Notes under the pieces: model-generated
What the model was told of the DNA's origin: nothing
Seen by the model: only the letters and a program-made list of their open reading frames with translations
The model's database searches: none
Shown: piece by piece, positions 19,701 to 28,952 of the stretch
How the letters are laid out: every line of letters begins with the position of its first letter
How positions within the stretch are numbered: the stretch's first letter is position 1
Program-made: the position numbers and the translations under genes
Source of the DNA: Candidatus Cloacimonadales bacterium
GTDB taxonomy: Bacteria; Cloacimonadota; Cloacimonadia; Cloacimonadales; JAIOQZ01
Direction of reading: 5' to 3'
Length of the DNA stretch: 64,000 nucleotides
NCBI GenBank assembly: GCA_963665815.1
Contig: OY762463.1
Span: forward strand, 352,001 to 416,000

Positions 19701-19788
19701 AGGTAAGCATTGTTCTTCCGGCATATATTTCATTATACTTGAGACTGACAATTTCAAGATGACAAGAAAAGCTGTTTTATTAAAATAA
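16774..19788 (+). CDS. Secreted S8/S53-like serine peptidase with FN3 and C-terminal FlgD-Ig (sorting-tail-like) domain
   Basis: Signal peptide; 'GIISDG', 'EGTAMLEIVHD', 'SSAGN', 'FYGTSASAPH'; tail 'PNPFNP...VYNIKGQ...WNG...SGIYF...K..LLK'. Confidence 0.88.
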   Translation: MKRNFILFLIFIISLTLQAKDYINLNKDFNKVSTSIVKLIDSNYFNSDSERDKYLTSSIKAGFVKTEITRSGTEEQLFVYLKLKDEGSLQTLNSSFAMLQDYDNKNHIAVVWINESNLKSIISSDEVLSVKPVLKPVVNTGSALTEGDGIHNADDVRSIYGAAGQNIKIGIISDGVTSRATAQASGDLPADGSGLTVLDNSIGGEEGTAMLEIVHDIVPDAELYFHSCGNNTVAFNSAITDLVNAGCDIVCDDIGWLTQPAFYDGTVAQHVESILNDNNVIYVSSAGNAGASHYQGQFYNDGSDYHDFSEGSVFNNDLRIGMSTNTSVRIVLHWNDEDGASDNDYDLFLLNSSDTVVESSEDSQSGSGTPVEFISFDTDGTNDGTYKIRVLNYSATGNEEIEVFIYGNSGVSIYGDNISPVDAIFGHPAVENAVAVGAIRASDPGNNDIEYFSSQGPVTISTDPSSSTMRSKPDICGIDGVAITGSGGFPNPFYGTSASAPHIAALMGQLWSAKPELTGDEVRDEFLQNAVDLGTAGFDYVYGNGRADSYDTFTANKPDAPDLVTALSVNQTDFTLSWNSAVNADSYRIDIASDGNFTSFVSSYQNYSVSGTSLLVNNGLTSGTDYYVRVRSVDGMIFGDNSHVLVVHTSESADNSSGEVTVTANQSDGGDALSITFAAESGTSSNPGQVSISVSENVMPDNIPAEHTARVVRRGVDIVPQNDADNGNFDCSIVFHYTDEEVTGLTEEDLVLYNYFDGAWHYIGGIVNTSANTITVNNVNHLSEWVAFDSEGGSQTLPVEMSSYNGVYTGGSILLTWITESESDMLGYNVYKSENMDIINSEKLNSTIIQAQNLPSTHEYTFYDDFPGEKSEYCYWIESIGLDNNSKMYGPVKVYIPREKDIEGYSVRETFIYNVCPNPFNPSTEIMFDLAGESTDLVDAKVTVYNIKGQKIKTLLDEKINPAYKFTLHWNGDDASGKHCSSGIYFIILETDNFKMTRKAVLLK

Positions 19789-19799
19789 AGGAGGATCAC

Positions 19800-20135
19800 A
19801 TGAATTTAGATCGTGATCTGCTGATTAAAGCACAATTTGTAGATAAGGCTTCAGGAAAACCTATAACTGGAGAAAAGTACTGGGTTAAAGTCATGGATAA
19901 AGACTTTCTTAAAGACGACTTTATTGACGCACCAAAGCTTGACGAAGAAGGAAAAATAGCAGTATTAACAACCAGAAGAGTAGTTAAGGAAGCCAATCCT
20001 GATATTTATTTCATTCTTCATATGGATGATAAAGTTATCTATAAAAGCAAAGTATTCAAGAATTCAAGATTTGATGATGGAGATGACAACTCTACTGCAC
20101 CATTAGAAAAAGATTTTGGTGTATTTAAAGTTTAA
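19800..20135 (+). CDS. Hypothetical protein, probably small beta-sandwich, co-transcribed with the peptidase
   Basis: AGGAGG RBS; 111-aa ORF followed by a terminator. Confidence 0.7.
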   Translation: MNLDRDLLIKAQFVDKASGKPITGEKYWVKVMDKDFLKDDFIDAPKLDEEGKIAVLTTRRVVKEANPDIYFILHMDDKVIYKSKVFKNSRFDDGDDNSTAPLEKDFGVFKV

Positions 20136-20145
20136 TATTCTGTTT

Positions 20146-20184
20146 AGAAAAGCTGATGTTGTTTACGACGTCAGCTTTTCTTTT
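20146..20184 (+). terminator. Intrinsic terminator
   Basis: AGAAAAGCTGATGTTG...CGACGTCAGCTTTTCT stem + T run. Confidence 0.75.
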
Positions 20185-20290
20185 GATAGAATAATAAGTG
20201 TAACATCTAATTTCTGAACTAGTATAAATAGATTGACAGAAAAATTCAATGGCTGATATTGATAATACTAATTGAATTCAAGGAGATAAA

Positions 20291-21649
20291 ATGATAAATC
20301 AACAAATATTCAGGCAATATGATGTGAGAGGAATTGTAGATAAAGACCTTACAGACGAAACAGTATTTTTACTTGGTAAGGGATTTGGAACTTTTGTACG
20401 AAGGAAAAACATGAACACCGTAACGATTGGTGGAGATGCCAGATTAAGTTCACCTCGATTTAAGAAACAGTTTACTGCCGGCCTGATTGAAACAGGTTGT
20501 AAAGTATTTGATGTTGGTATACTTGCTACTCCTGTATTGTATTTTTCAATTGCTGAGTTAAAGTGTGATGCTGGCGTTATGATTACAGGAAGCCATAATC
20601 CTCCGGAATTTAACGGTTTTAAAATGAATATTGGATTAATGAGTATTTTTGGTGATGATATTCAGGAAATATATAAGATTATCAGTGAAGAATCCTTTGA
20701 GAAGGGAGAAGGTACTGTTGAAGTAATAGAAGGGATGATTAAGATCTATCAGGATTATATCGTTAATAACATAAAACTGGAAAGAAAGGTAAAAGTAATT
20801 GTTGATGCCGGTAATGGAGCCGGAGGTCCTATAATTCCTGATATCTTAAGAAGAATCGGTTGCGATGTTATTGAGTTATATTGCGAAATGGACGGAACAT
20901 TCCCTAATCATCATCCGGATCCTACAGTTATTGAGTATATTCAGGATTTAATCAAAAAAGTTAAAGAATCAGACGCTGAAGTTGGTCTTGGTCTTGACGG
21001 AGATGCAGACCGTATCGGTGTAGTTGATGAGAACGGCGATATTCTTTTTGGTGATCAGATTCTCAATGTTTTTGCAAGAGATTTTCTGGCAAACAATCCC
21101 GGTGAAAAAGTCATGGCTGATGTTAAAACATCAAAGGTATTTTATGATGATATTGCCAGACATGGTGGTATTCCAATGATGTACAAAACCGGTCACTCTA
21201 TGATTAAAAAACAGATGGTTAAGGAAAATGTTAAAATGGGTGGTGAAATGAGTGGTCATATCTTCTTCAAGGATCGTTTCTTTGGATTTGATGATGCTAT
21301 TTATGCTTGCTGCCGATTTGTAGAAATTATGTCCAAGACTGATAAAAAAGTCAGTGAGTTTCTGGCTGATCAACCAAAAATGTTTAATACACCTGAGATC
21401 AGAGTGGATTGTCCTGATGAAATCAAGTTTGATATCGTTGATAAAGTAAGAGATTCATTCATTGATGAAGGTGCAAATGTAAACGATATTGATGGTATGA
21501 GAATTACCTTTGATGATGGGTGGGGGCTTGTAAGAGCTTCTAATACACAGCCTGTTCTGGTTACAAGATTTGAAGCTGAGACTGAATCTCGTCTTCTGGA
21601 AATAAGAGAGTTAATTGAAAAAAGAATAGAAAAAATAAAAAACTCATAG
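20291..21649 (+). CDS. Phosphomannomutase/phosphoglucomutase
   Basis: 'FRQYDVRG', active-site 'TGSHNP', metal loop 'DGDADR', 'GEMSGH', 'RASNT'. Confidence 0.96.
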   Translation: MINQQIFRQYDVRGIVDKDLTDETVFLLGKGFGTFVRRKNMNTVTIGGDARLSSPRFKKQFTAGLIETGCKVFDVGILATPVLYFSIAELKCDAGVMITGSHNPPEFNGFKMNIGLMSIFGDDIQEIYKIISEESFEKGEGTVEVIEGMIKIYQDYIVNNIKLERKVKVIVDAGNGAGGPIIPDILRRIGCDVIELYCEMDGTFPNHHPDPTVIEYIQDLIKKVKESDAEVGLGLDGDADRIGVVDENGDILFGDQILNVFARDFLANNPGEKVMADVKTSKVFYDDIARHGGIPMMYKTGHSMIKKQMVKENVKMGGEMSGHIFFKDRFFGFDDAIYACCRFVEIMSKTDKKVSEFLADQPKMFNTPEIRVDCPDEIKFDIVDKVRDSFIDEGANVNDIDGMRITFDDGWGLVRASNTQPVLVTRFEAETESRLLEIRELIEKRIEKIKNS

Positions 21650-21661
21650 AAGGAGAAGGTT

Positions 21662-22474
21662 GTGCGGATAACAAAACTTTTACTTGCATTAGTATTCGCA
21701 GTATTGTTTTTTCCATTACTGAGTCAGGTGCCTGACAGTCTCGTATTTGTGAAAGGCGGAGAATTCATGATGGGAAACTCTAAAGGTGGAGCAGATGAAG
21801 ATCCTCCACACAAGGTTAGTGTCAGCAGTTTTTATATTTCTAAGTATGAAGTTACTCAGAAAGAATGGGAAGAACTTATGTCTCATAACAGATCCTATAG
21901 TAAGGATCCGAATAATCCTGTTGAGAAAGTCAGCTGGTACGAAGCTGTGGATTTTTGTAATAGAATGAGTTTGAAGCAAGGACTTCAACCATGTTATATT
22001 ATCAAGGGAATAGACGTTAAATGTGATTTCACTAAAAATGGTTACAGGTTACCAACTGAAGCCGAGTGGGAATATGCCGCCCGTGGTGGTAATTTAATGA
22101 AAGACACATCCTATTCCGGTGAAAATAAAGTAGACAAAGTTGCATGGTACGCTTCGAATGCAAATAAATTGACCAGTGTTCCAGGTAAGAAAATACCTAA
22201 TGAACTTGGTTTGTATGATATGAGTGGAAATGTCTGGGAATGGTGCTGGGACTGGTATCAGGACAACTATTACAGGAAATCTGAATCAAGGAATCCTAAA
22301 GGTGTTCAAAATGGTGCATATGCTCCATCCGGAAGTTCCTATAAAGTAAGAAGAGGCGGAAGCTGGAATTATGGATCTGATGGTTGCAGAGTTTCATTCA
22401 GATACATGGGAGTTCCATCTTTCAGGAGTTATGATATTGGTTTCAGAGTTGTAAGATCTGCAATAGAAGACTGA
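21662..22474 (+). CDS. Secreted formylglycine-generating enzyme (FGE-sulfatase/SUMF1) domain protein
   Basis: 'GG.F.MG', 'YEVT', 'RLPTEAEWEYAARGG', 'GLYDMSGNVWEW', 'RGGSW', 'IGFR'. Confidence 0.92.
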   Translation: MRITKLLLALVFAVLFFPLLSQVPDSLVFVKGGEFMMGNSKGGADEDPPHKVSVSSFYISKYEVTQKEWEELMSHNRSYSKDPNNPVEKVSWYEAVDFCNRMSLKQGLQPCYIIKGIDVKCDFTKNGYRLPTEAEWEYAARGGNLMKDTSYSGENKVDKVAWYASNANKLTSVPGKKIPNELGLYDMSGNVWEWCWDWYQDNYYRKSESRNPKGVQNGAYAPSGSSYKVRRGGSWNYGSDGCRVSFRYMGVPSFRSYDIGFRVVRSAIED

Positions 22475-22533
22475 TGTTTAATAAAAGTGCAATTAATTGT
22501 TGCATAAATATCACAAAAAAATAGATTTTGATT

Positions 22534-22568
22534 GAGGGAGAGAAACGCAAACTCTCCCTCTTTTTTTT
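22534..22568 (+). terminator. Intrinsic terminator
   Basis: GAGGGAGAG-N9-CTCTCCCTC followed by T8. Confidence 0.8.
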
Positions 22569-22590
22569 CGGGAGACTAAAGGAAGTTGAA

Positions 22591-25479
22591 GTGAAGAGTT
22601 CAGAGTATAGTAATTTTAAATTGATTAATGAGCGGTATATATCAGAGATTAAATCAGATGTTTATCATTTTATACACAATGTTACTAAAACTCCAATAAT
22701 TTATATTTCCAATGATGACAATGATAAATTTATGAGTATAAGCTTCAACACTCCCCCTGAGGATGACTCCGGCAAATCTCATATACTTGAACATCTTGTG
22801 CTTAAGAAATCAAAAAAATACAGGACGGAAAATCTTATTGCAAAAGTAAGTGAGGAAGCTCTGGTAAATTATGCTCAGGCATTTACAATAAATGATAAAA
22901 CCGTTTTTCCATTTTCAACTTCAAATGAAAAGGAATTTATCAATGTAATGGATTTCTATCTAGATAGTGTTTTTAATCCTGCTTTTTACGATGAACCGGA
23001 ATTATTCAGGAAAGAAGTCTGGAGATACATTTATAACGTAGATGAAGATGAATTGAAATTAAATGGTGTTGTTCTTAATGAAATGCTGGGTTATTTTGCA
23101 AACCCGGAGCAACTATTATACATATTGTCTGCTAATTCTTTATTCCCTGACACAAATCTCAAATACAATTTTGCAGGATTACCACGTGAAATTATTAAGC
23201 TATCTAATCAGGATATCATCAACTATCATAAAAAACATTTTCATCCTTCAAACAGTTGTATTGTGATATATGGAAATGGTGAAATAAGTGAGCATCTTAA
23301 ATTTATTGATGAGAATTACCTTAGTAAGTACGAATATCTTGAACCGGTTAAAACTATTCTACAGAATTGTAGATTTACTGAACCGTGTATAGGACGTTAC
23401 AAATATAATATTGATGAATATGATGAGAGAGAAAACAAGAGCTTTTATAATATAAATTTCCTGCTGAAAAACAGTGATCCTATAGATATTGCCGGATTCA
23501 AAATACTAAAAACAATATTGTGTGATTTACCGGGATCACTTGTTAAAAAACATTTTGAAGAAAAATATCCGGAATGCAGTATTTCTGCTGAATTGGATTA
23601 TTTTTCTGTACAGCCATTTTTCTGTGTATCTGTTTCCGGATTGAACGAAGGCATGCATAGTGAAATTTATAATCTTCTTATAACTATACTTGAAGAAGCT
23701 GTTAGAAATGGTATTAATACTGAACTGATTAATTCCGCTGTTCATATGTTCGAGTTTAAACAGCGTGAAAACCATCATAATTTTTTCTCTAAAGGAACAA
23801 TATATACTCTCAATATTACAAACAGAATTTTCTCAGGTAAATCCCCAATGGATATCCTTCAATACGAAGGAATTATTGATACAGTTAAAGAGAGAATGAT
23901 GTCCGGTTTTTTTGAAGATTTGATCAAAATGCACCTGCTGGATAATCCCCATGCCGGTGTTACATCAACTGAGCCTGATTATGATGTTGATCAGAAACAG
24001 AATACTGAAATGAAGGTTTACCTTGAGCAGACCAAAAATTCTTTCGATAAATCAAAACTCTTACAGTTTTCTTCTGAATATCTGTCAGAAAGTGATAAGA
24101 AAGCAGAGACTCTTTCAAAATTGTATAAAATTGATATTGATGATGTTAAATATGAAGAGGAAATTGTATTTTCAGAATCTTGTATAAACTCAATCAATAT
24201 TAAAGTATCAGAGCATTTTACAAATAAAATTGTTTATGCTGATTTCTCGTTTGATATTTCTGACTTCAGTACTGATGAAATGCAGCGTGCAGTTGTTTTA
24301 ACTGAGATTTTAGGAAAATCTTTTAATGATAACGATCCCAATTGTAACTTAATCTATAAATTGAAGAATTCCACAGGTTATTTTGAGTGTTTGGTTGAGC
24401 CTTACGAAAATGTAAAAAACAACACCGTAAAAGTATTTTTTAATGTTAAGACTAAATTCCTTTATGCTGAGACATCACAAGCTATAAAGGCAATTGCAGA
24501 TGTTTTGTCAGAATTTGAGATAAGTAATACGGAAATGCTTAAAACATCAATTAATAAAACTGAAATGCAGCTCAACAGAATATTTCTTTCGAATACTTAT
24601 TCTACAGCATTAACAAGAGCCGGATCTTATATAAACAAATTTTTTCACAAGAGAGATATAGTTGCGAATATCAGTCTTTACAGGAAACTGGAGCAGTTTT
24701 CAACTGAAATATCCGATTCAAAATTTGTAAATATTTTCAAGACTGTTATGAAGAAAATATTATGCAGAAATAGACTCACGACAATAGTAACTACTGATTC
24801 AGGAACTGGGAAAATCGTTGCTGAGGATATTGCAAAAACTTTCTCAGTCTTTCCAGTAGATGATATCACATCAGTAAAAAATGATGAGTTTGGCAGGTTT
24901 CATAATGAAGCTTTTATCGTTCCCTCTCATGTACAGGATTTATCATATTGTGTTGCATTAAACCTCAAAGACGAAGAAACTCCCGGTTCAATAATGCTTT
25001 TTAACAAAATTATCAGGAAATTGATGTTTGATTATTCAAGAAGCGAAGGTGGGGGATACGGAGCATTTTCAACAATAAATATGAATGGTGATTTCTTTAT
25101 TACTTCTTATAGAGATCCGGATTTTATGAGAACCATAGAGAAAATTGAAGATCTTAAAAAAGTATTCTTTTCACTAGGGCATAATGATGACTCATTGAAA
25201 TCTCAGAAATTGAATGTTCTTGGGAAACTAAACGCTCCTCTAAGTCCTGATCATTTTCATAACAGAAATGTTCGCAGGGTTTATGGTGGATACACTTACC
25301 AGTATCTTACTGAGATTACAGATAGTATTAAGCATGCTGATATTGATTCTATCAGCAGAATCGTGGAGAAGTTTGATTCACTTTCTGAAAAAGGGATGTA
25401 TTGTGTATTCGGTGACGAGAAAGCTTTTTCCGGTAAGACATTCATGTTTCAGTCGATTGAGAGATTAATAAATAGATAA
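22591..25479 (+). CDS. M16C (presequence protease/insulinase-like) zinc metallopeptidase
   Basis: Inverted zinc motif 'HILEH', 'GVVLNEM', 'GGGYGA', 'SYRDP'; start placed at GTG 22591 because 22528 lies upstream of a terminator. Confidence 0.88.
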   Translation: MKSSEYSNFKLINERYISEIKSDVYHFIHNVTKTPIIYISNDDNDKFMSISFNTPPEDDSGKSHILEHLVLKKSKKYRTENLIAKVSEEALVNYAQAFTINDKTVFPFSTSNEKEFINVMDFYLDSVFNPAFYDEPELFRKEVWRYIYNVDEDELKLNGVVLNEMLGYFANPEQLLYILSANSLFPDTNLKYNFAGLPREIIKLSNQDIINYHKKHFHPSNSCIVIYGNGEISEHLKFIDENYLSKYEYLEPVKTILQNCRFTEPCIGRYKYNIDEYDERENKSFYNINFLLKNSDPIDIAGFKILKTILCDLPGSLVKKHFEEKYPECSISAELDYFSVQPFFCVSVSGLNEGMHSEIYNLLITILEEAVRNGINTELINSAVHMFEFKQRENHHNFFSKGTIYTLNITNRIFSGKSPMDILQYEGIIDTVKERMMSGFFEDLIKMHLLDNPHAGVTSTEPDYDVDQKQNTEMKVYLEQTKNSFDKSKLLQFSSEYLSESDKKAETLSKLYKIDIDDVKYEEEIVFSESCINSINIKVSEHFTNKIVYADFSFDISDFSTDEMQRAVVLTEILGKSFNDNDPNCNLIYKLKNSTGYFECLVEPYENVKNNTVKVFFNVKTKFLYAETSQAIKAIADVLSEFEISNTEMLKTSINKTEMQLNRIFLSNTYSTALTRAGSYINKFFHKRDIVANISLYRKLEQFSTEISDSKFVNIFKTVMKKILCRNRLTTIVTTDSGTGKIVAEDIAKTFSVFPVDDITSVKNDEFGRFHNEAFIVPSHVQDLSYCVALNLKDEETPGSIMLFNKIIRKLMFDYSRSEGGGYGAFSTINMNGDFFITSYRDPDFMRTIEKIEDLKKVFFSLGHNDDSLKSQKLNVLGKLNAPLSPDHFHNRNVRRVYGGYTYQYLTEITDSIKHADIDSISRIVEKFDSLSEKGMYCVFGDEKAFSGKTFMFQSIERLINR

Positions 25480-25630
25480 TAATCACAGATTACAATTTTA
25501 TGTTTACACTGTATTAACACTAATTTAAAATAAATTTTGGTTGTATCGGATAAAAAGCTTGACTTTATTCCTTAAACGGTTGTTTTTTTTATTGTAGAAA
25601 AAAATTCAATATAGTGAGAACTAATACATC

Positions 25631-26968
25631 ATGAATAACATTGATAATCCACTGAACGTAATTATTATTGATGACGAACCTGTCGTAAGACACATGATCG
25701 TCAGCATACTGAACAGATATGAATATCAGGTTCAGGAAGCCTCTAATGGTAGAGATGGTATCAGTTACATTCAGAATCATGATGTGGATATCGTTATTGT
25801 TGATTTAATGATGCCGGAAATCTCAGGTTATGATGTTATTAGTTTTGTTACAAATTATGATCCGGATTTACCGATTATTGCTGTTTCAGGACTGGAAGAT
25901 GTGTCTAAAATTATGCAGGCTATAAGAACCGGTGCATGGGATTTTCTGCTCAAACCAATATCTTCAATGGGGATACTTAACTTATGCCTTAAACGTAATT
26001 ATGAAAGATCATTATTGCGTCGGGAAAACAGAAAATACAAGGAAAATCTGGAAATCGAGATCAAGAACAGAACTATTGAATTAGAAAAACGAACAATTGA
26101 GCTTGAAAAAGAGGTTGTTAGCAGAAAGAGTGCCGAGGAAAAACTTAAAGAACTCAATCTGAATCTGGAAGAACTGGTTAATAAGAGAACTCAGGAGTTA
26201 AAGTCAACAAATGAAGAGCTTAAAGAGACTCTTGAAAAACTGAGACAGGATGAGAAATCCGGAAGATCAATTCAGTTTAAACTGCTACCTCCCGAGAAGA
26301 AAGTTATCAATGGTTATGAGTTCAGCAGGTATCTGATTCCATCAACCATTCTGAGCGGTGATTTTCTTGACTATTTTGAGATTGATGATGATAACATCGG
26401 TTTTTACATGGCTGATGTATCTGGTCATGGTGTTTCTTCTGCCTTTGTAACTGTATTACTGAAATCATTTGTTAATCAGATGTTGACTAACTACAAAACA
26501 GATAGAGACAGAACAATCCTTAACCCGGCTGAACTACTCCGAAAACTAAATCTCGAAGTTATATCACAGGATCTGGACAAGTTTCTTACAATGTGTTATT
26601 CAGTAATAAACAAAAAAACAAATATTATGGTCTCATCCAATGGCGGCCAGTTCCCATTTCCAATACTTATCAGTAAGGATAGGAAGTCCTATATCAGAAA
26701 AAAGGGATATCCTGTTGGTGTGTTTGATCATTTTACATATGATGAATATAAGATTGAACTGCCGGAAGAGTTTACATTTATTCATGTTTCAGATGGTATT
26801 TTTGAAGTGATGCCTTATGAAAATCCCGAAGAAATGCATAGTTATCTTCTTGATAAACTCTCGGAACCTGATATTGAGCTTGTCGATCTGATCAAGAAGT
26901 TAGAACTCAGTGAGTTTAACAATCCTGATGACATCACTTTCCTTAAGCTGAAAAAAAGAAAATTCTGA
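25631..26968 (+). CDS. Response regulator receiver + coiled coil + PP2C/SpoIIE phosphatase
   Basis: 'IIDDE', 'VDLMMP', 'LKP'; 'SGDFLD', 'ADVSGHG', 'SDG', 'PDDIT'; paralog of 3222..4511. Confidence 0.9.
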   Translation: MNNIDNPLNVIIIDDEPVVRHMIVSILNRYEYQVQEASNGRDGISYIQNHDVDIVIVDLMMPEISGYDVISFVTNYDPDLPIIAVSGLEDVSKIMQAIRTGAWDFLLKPISSMGILNLCLKRNYERSLLRRENRKYKENLEIEIKNRTIELEKRTIELEKEVVSRKSAEEKLKELNLNLEELVNKRTQELKSTNEELKETLEKLRQDEKSGRSIQFKLLPPEKKVINGYEFSRYLIPSTILSGDFLDYFEIDDDNIGFYMADVSGHGVSSAFVTVLLKSFVNQMLTNYKTDRDRTILNPAELLRKLNLEVISQDLDKFLTMCYSVINKKTNIMVSSNGGQFPFPILISKDRKSYIRKKGYPVGVFDHFTYDEYKIELPEEFTFIHVSDGIFEVMPYENPEEMHSYLLDKLSEPDIELVDLIKKLELSEFNNPDDITFLKLKKRKF

Positions 26969-27075
26969 TTTCTCTATCAACACTTAGCAATTCTTTATCT
27001 ATTCTCTCAAAAAAAAACTTGCATTTAATTACGATATTATGAAATTCTTGGACCAAATAAAAATTTGGAGGATCC

Positions 27076-28155
27076 ATGTCTGGAAGAATCGCGAATTTCA
27101 GTGCAGGACCGGCTGTATTACCGGAATCAGTTATTCTTGAAGCTCAAGAAAATCTGTTTAATTACAAAGGGAAAGGCTTATCAGTAATGGAAATGAGTCA
27201 CCGTTCTCAGAATTTCCAGGAAATTATTGATGGTGCAATGGATTTGGCAAAAGAACTGATGGGACTTAAAGACGATTATGATATTCTGTTTTTAGGTGGA
27301 GGAGCCAGTACTCAATTTTTAACTATTCCTCTTAATCTTTGTCCGGATGATAAAACTGCTAATTATGTTGATACAGGTACCTGGTCAACAAAGGCATTGA
27401 AAGAAGCAAAGAAAATCGGGAAGAAAATGCATGTTGCGGCTTCTTCGGAAGATAAAGCTTTCACTTATATCCCAAGAGAATTCAATCTTACTGATGATGC
27501 AGCTTACCTTCATATCACGACAAACAATACAATTAGAGGAACAGAATATACATTCATTCCTGAAGTAAATGTTCCACTTATTGGGGACATGTCTTCTAAT
27601 TTCCTCAGTAAACCAATGGATTTCACAAAATTTGCTCTTATTTATGCTGGTGCTCAAAAAAATATCGGACCTTCCGGTGTTACATTTGTAGCTATCAGAA
27701 AAGACATTCAGGATAAATTAAACCCGGGACTTCCTACAATGCTTGATTATAAAACTCATATCAGCAAAGGAACCATGTTTAACACTCCTCCAACATTCCC
27801 AATCTACATTGTTGGTCTCGTTCTTAAATGGATAAAAGCAAATGGTGGATTAGAAGGTATCGAAAAAATCAATAAAAAGAAAGCCGGATACATCTATGAT
27901 GTAATCGATTCAACTGATTTCTATAATGGTCCTGTTGTTCCTGCAGACAGATCACTCATGAACATTCCTTTCAGACTTGTTAATGAAGATCTTGAAAAGA
28001 AATTCATAGCTGAAGCTGCTGAAGCTGGTATGATCGGTCTTAAAGGTCACAGATCAGTTGGTGGATGTAGAGCTTCCGTATATAATTCATTACCACTTGA
28101 AGCTGCTAAGAAATTATCAGATTTCATGGTTGAATTCGAAAAGAAAAACGGTTAA
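27076..28155 (+). CDS. serC: Phosphoserine aminotransferase
   Basis: 'NFSAGPA', 'MEMSHRS', 'DMSS', PLP lysine 'GAQKNIGP', 'GHRSVGG.RAS.YN'. Confidence 0.97.
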   Translation: MSGRIANFSAGPAVLPESVILEAQENLFNYKGKGLSVMEMSHRSQNFQEIIDGAMDLAKELMGLKDDYDILFLGGGASTQFLTIPLNLCPDDKTANYVDTGTWSTKALKEAKKIGKKMHVAASSEDKAFTYIPREFNLTDDAAYLHITTNNTIRGTEYTFIPEVNVPLIGDMSSNFLSKPMDFTKFALIYAGAQKNIGPSGVTFVAIRKDIQDKLNPGLPTMLDYKTHISKGTMFNTPPTFPIYIVGLVLKWIKANGGLEGIEKINKKKAGYIYDVIDSTDFYNGPVVPADRSLMNIPFRLVNEDLEKKFIAEAAEAGMIGLKGHRSVGGCRASVYNSLPLEAAKKLSDFMVEFEKKNG

Positions 28156-28170
28156 TTAAAAACTATATAA

Positions 28171-28202
28171 ACGGCATTGCATTGCAATGCCGTCTTTTTT
28201 TT
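28171..28202 (+). terminator. Intrinsic terminator after serC
   Basis: ACGGCATTGC-ATT-GCAATGCCGT followed by T8. Confidence 0.8.
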
Positions 28203-28205
28203 GAT

Positions 28206-28952
28206 ATGGAAAAATTATCTGTTACAATCATCACTAAAAACGAAGAGAATAATATTGATAGATGCCTTAAATCTGTTGCATGGGCTGATGAGATTATCAT
28301 TGTTGATTCAGGATCTGTTGACAGAACTCTGGATATATGCAAAAATCATAAGTGCAGTATTTTATCAATAGAATGGCTTGGTTTTGGAAAAACAAAGCAG
28401 TTTGCCGTTGATCAGGCCTCGTATGAATGGGTATTTTCAATCGATGCAGACGAGGAAGTAACTCCAGAATTGAAAGCTTCAATATTGAAAGTGCTTAAGG
28501 ACAATCCCGAAACTACAGGATTCAGAATATCAAGAAGATCATTTTATGTTGATAAATGGATAAAGCATTCCGGATGGGATAACGATGCTCCATTGAGACT
28601 TTTCAGGAAATCCGGAGGTGGATTTAACGATAAGGAAGTTCACGAAAGCATAGAGGTAAATGGTAAAGTTGATAAGCTCGCAGGCAAAATGCTGCATTAT
28701 ACTTATCCGACTATCAGTTCACACATAGAGAAACTTGACAGATATTCTGAATTGAATGTGAAGAAACAATATAAATCAGGAAAAACATATTCTGTGGGTA
28801 AAGCTGTATCAAGAGGTTTTGCTAAATTCCTGAAAATGTATTTTATTCAGAAAGGCTTTCTTGATGGACAGACAGGACTTGTGCTTGCATTGAACTCAGC
28901 GTTTGGAGTATATCTGAAATATATCAAATTGTGGGAAAGAACAAAAAAATGA
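28206..28952 (+). CDS. GT2 family LPS glycosyltransferase (WaaE/KdtX-like)
   Basis: 'LSVTIITKNEE', 'VDSGS.D.T', 'SIDADE', 'VHE', 'GFLDG'. Confidence 0.9.
   Translation: MEKLSVTIITKNEENNIDRCLKSVAWADEIIIVDSGSVDRTLDICKNHKCSILSIEWLGFGKTKQFAVDQASYEWVFSIDADEEVTPELKASILKVLKDNPETTGFRISRRSFYVDKWIKHSGWDNDAPLRLFRKSGGGFNDKEVHESIEVNGKVDKLAGKMLHYTYPTISSHIEKLDRYSELNVKKQYKSGKTYSVGKAVSRGFAKFLKMYFIQKGFLDGQTGLVLALNSAFGVYLKYIKLWERTKK

Noticed and set aside
22340-22568. FGE-sulfatase C-terminus plus downstream hairpin as a diversity-generating retroelement target
   Set aside because: No template repeat or reverse transcriptase seen in the window; several codons (GGA, ATG, AGG) do not fit AAY-derived variation; the hairpin is an ordinary terminator.
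22528-22590. ORF-track N-terminal extension of the M16C peptidase (likewise 28182, 12908, 6125 starts)
   Set aside because: Extensions run through terminator or promoter-like sequence; downstream starts fit the families and, mostly, RBS positions better.
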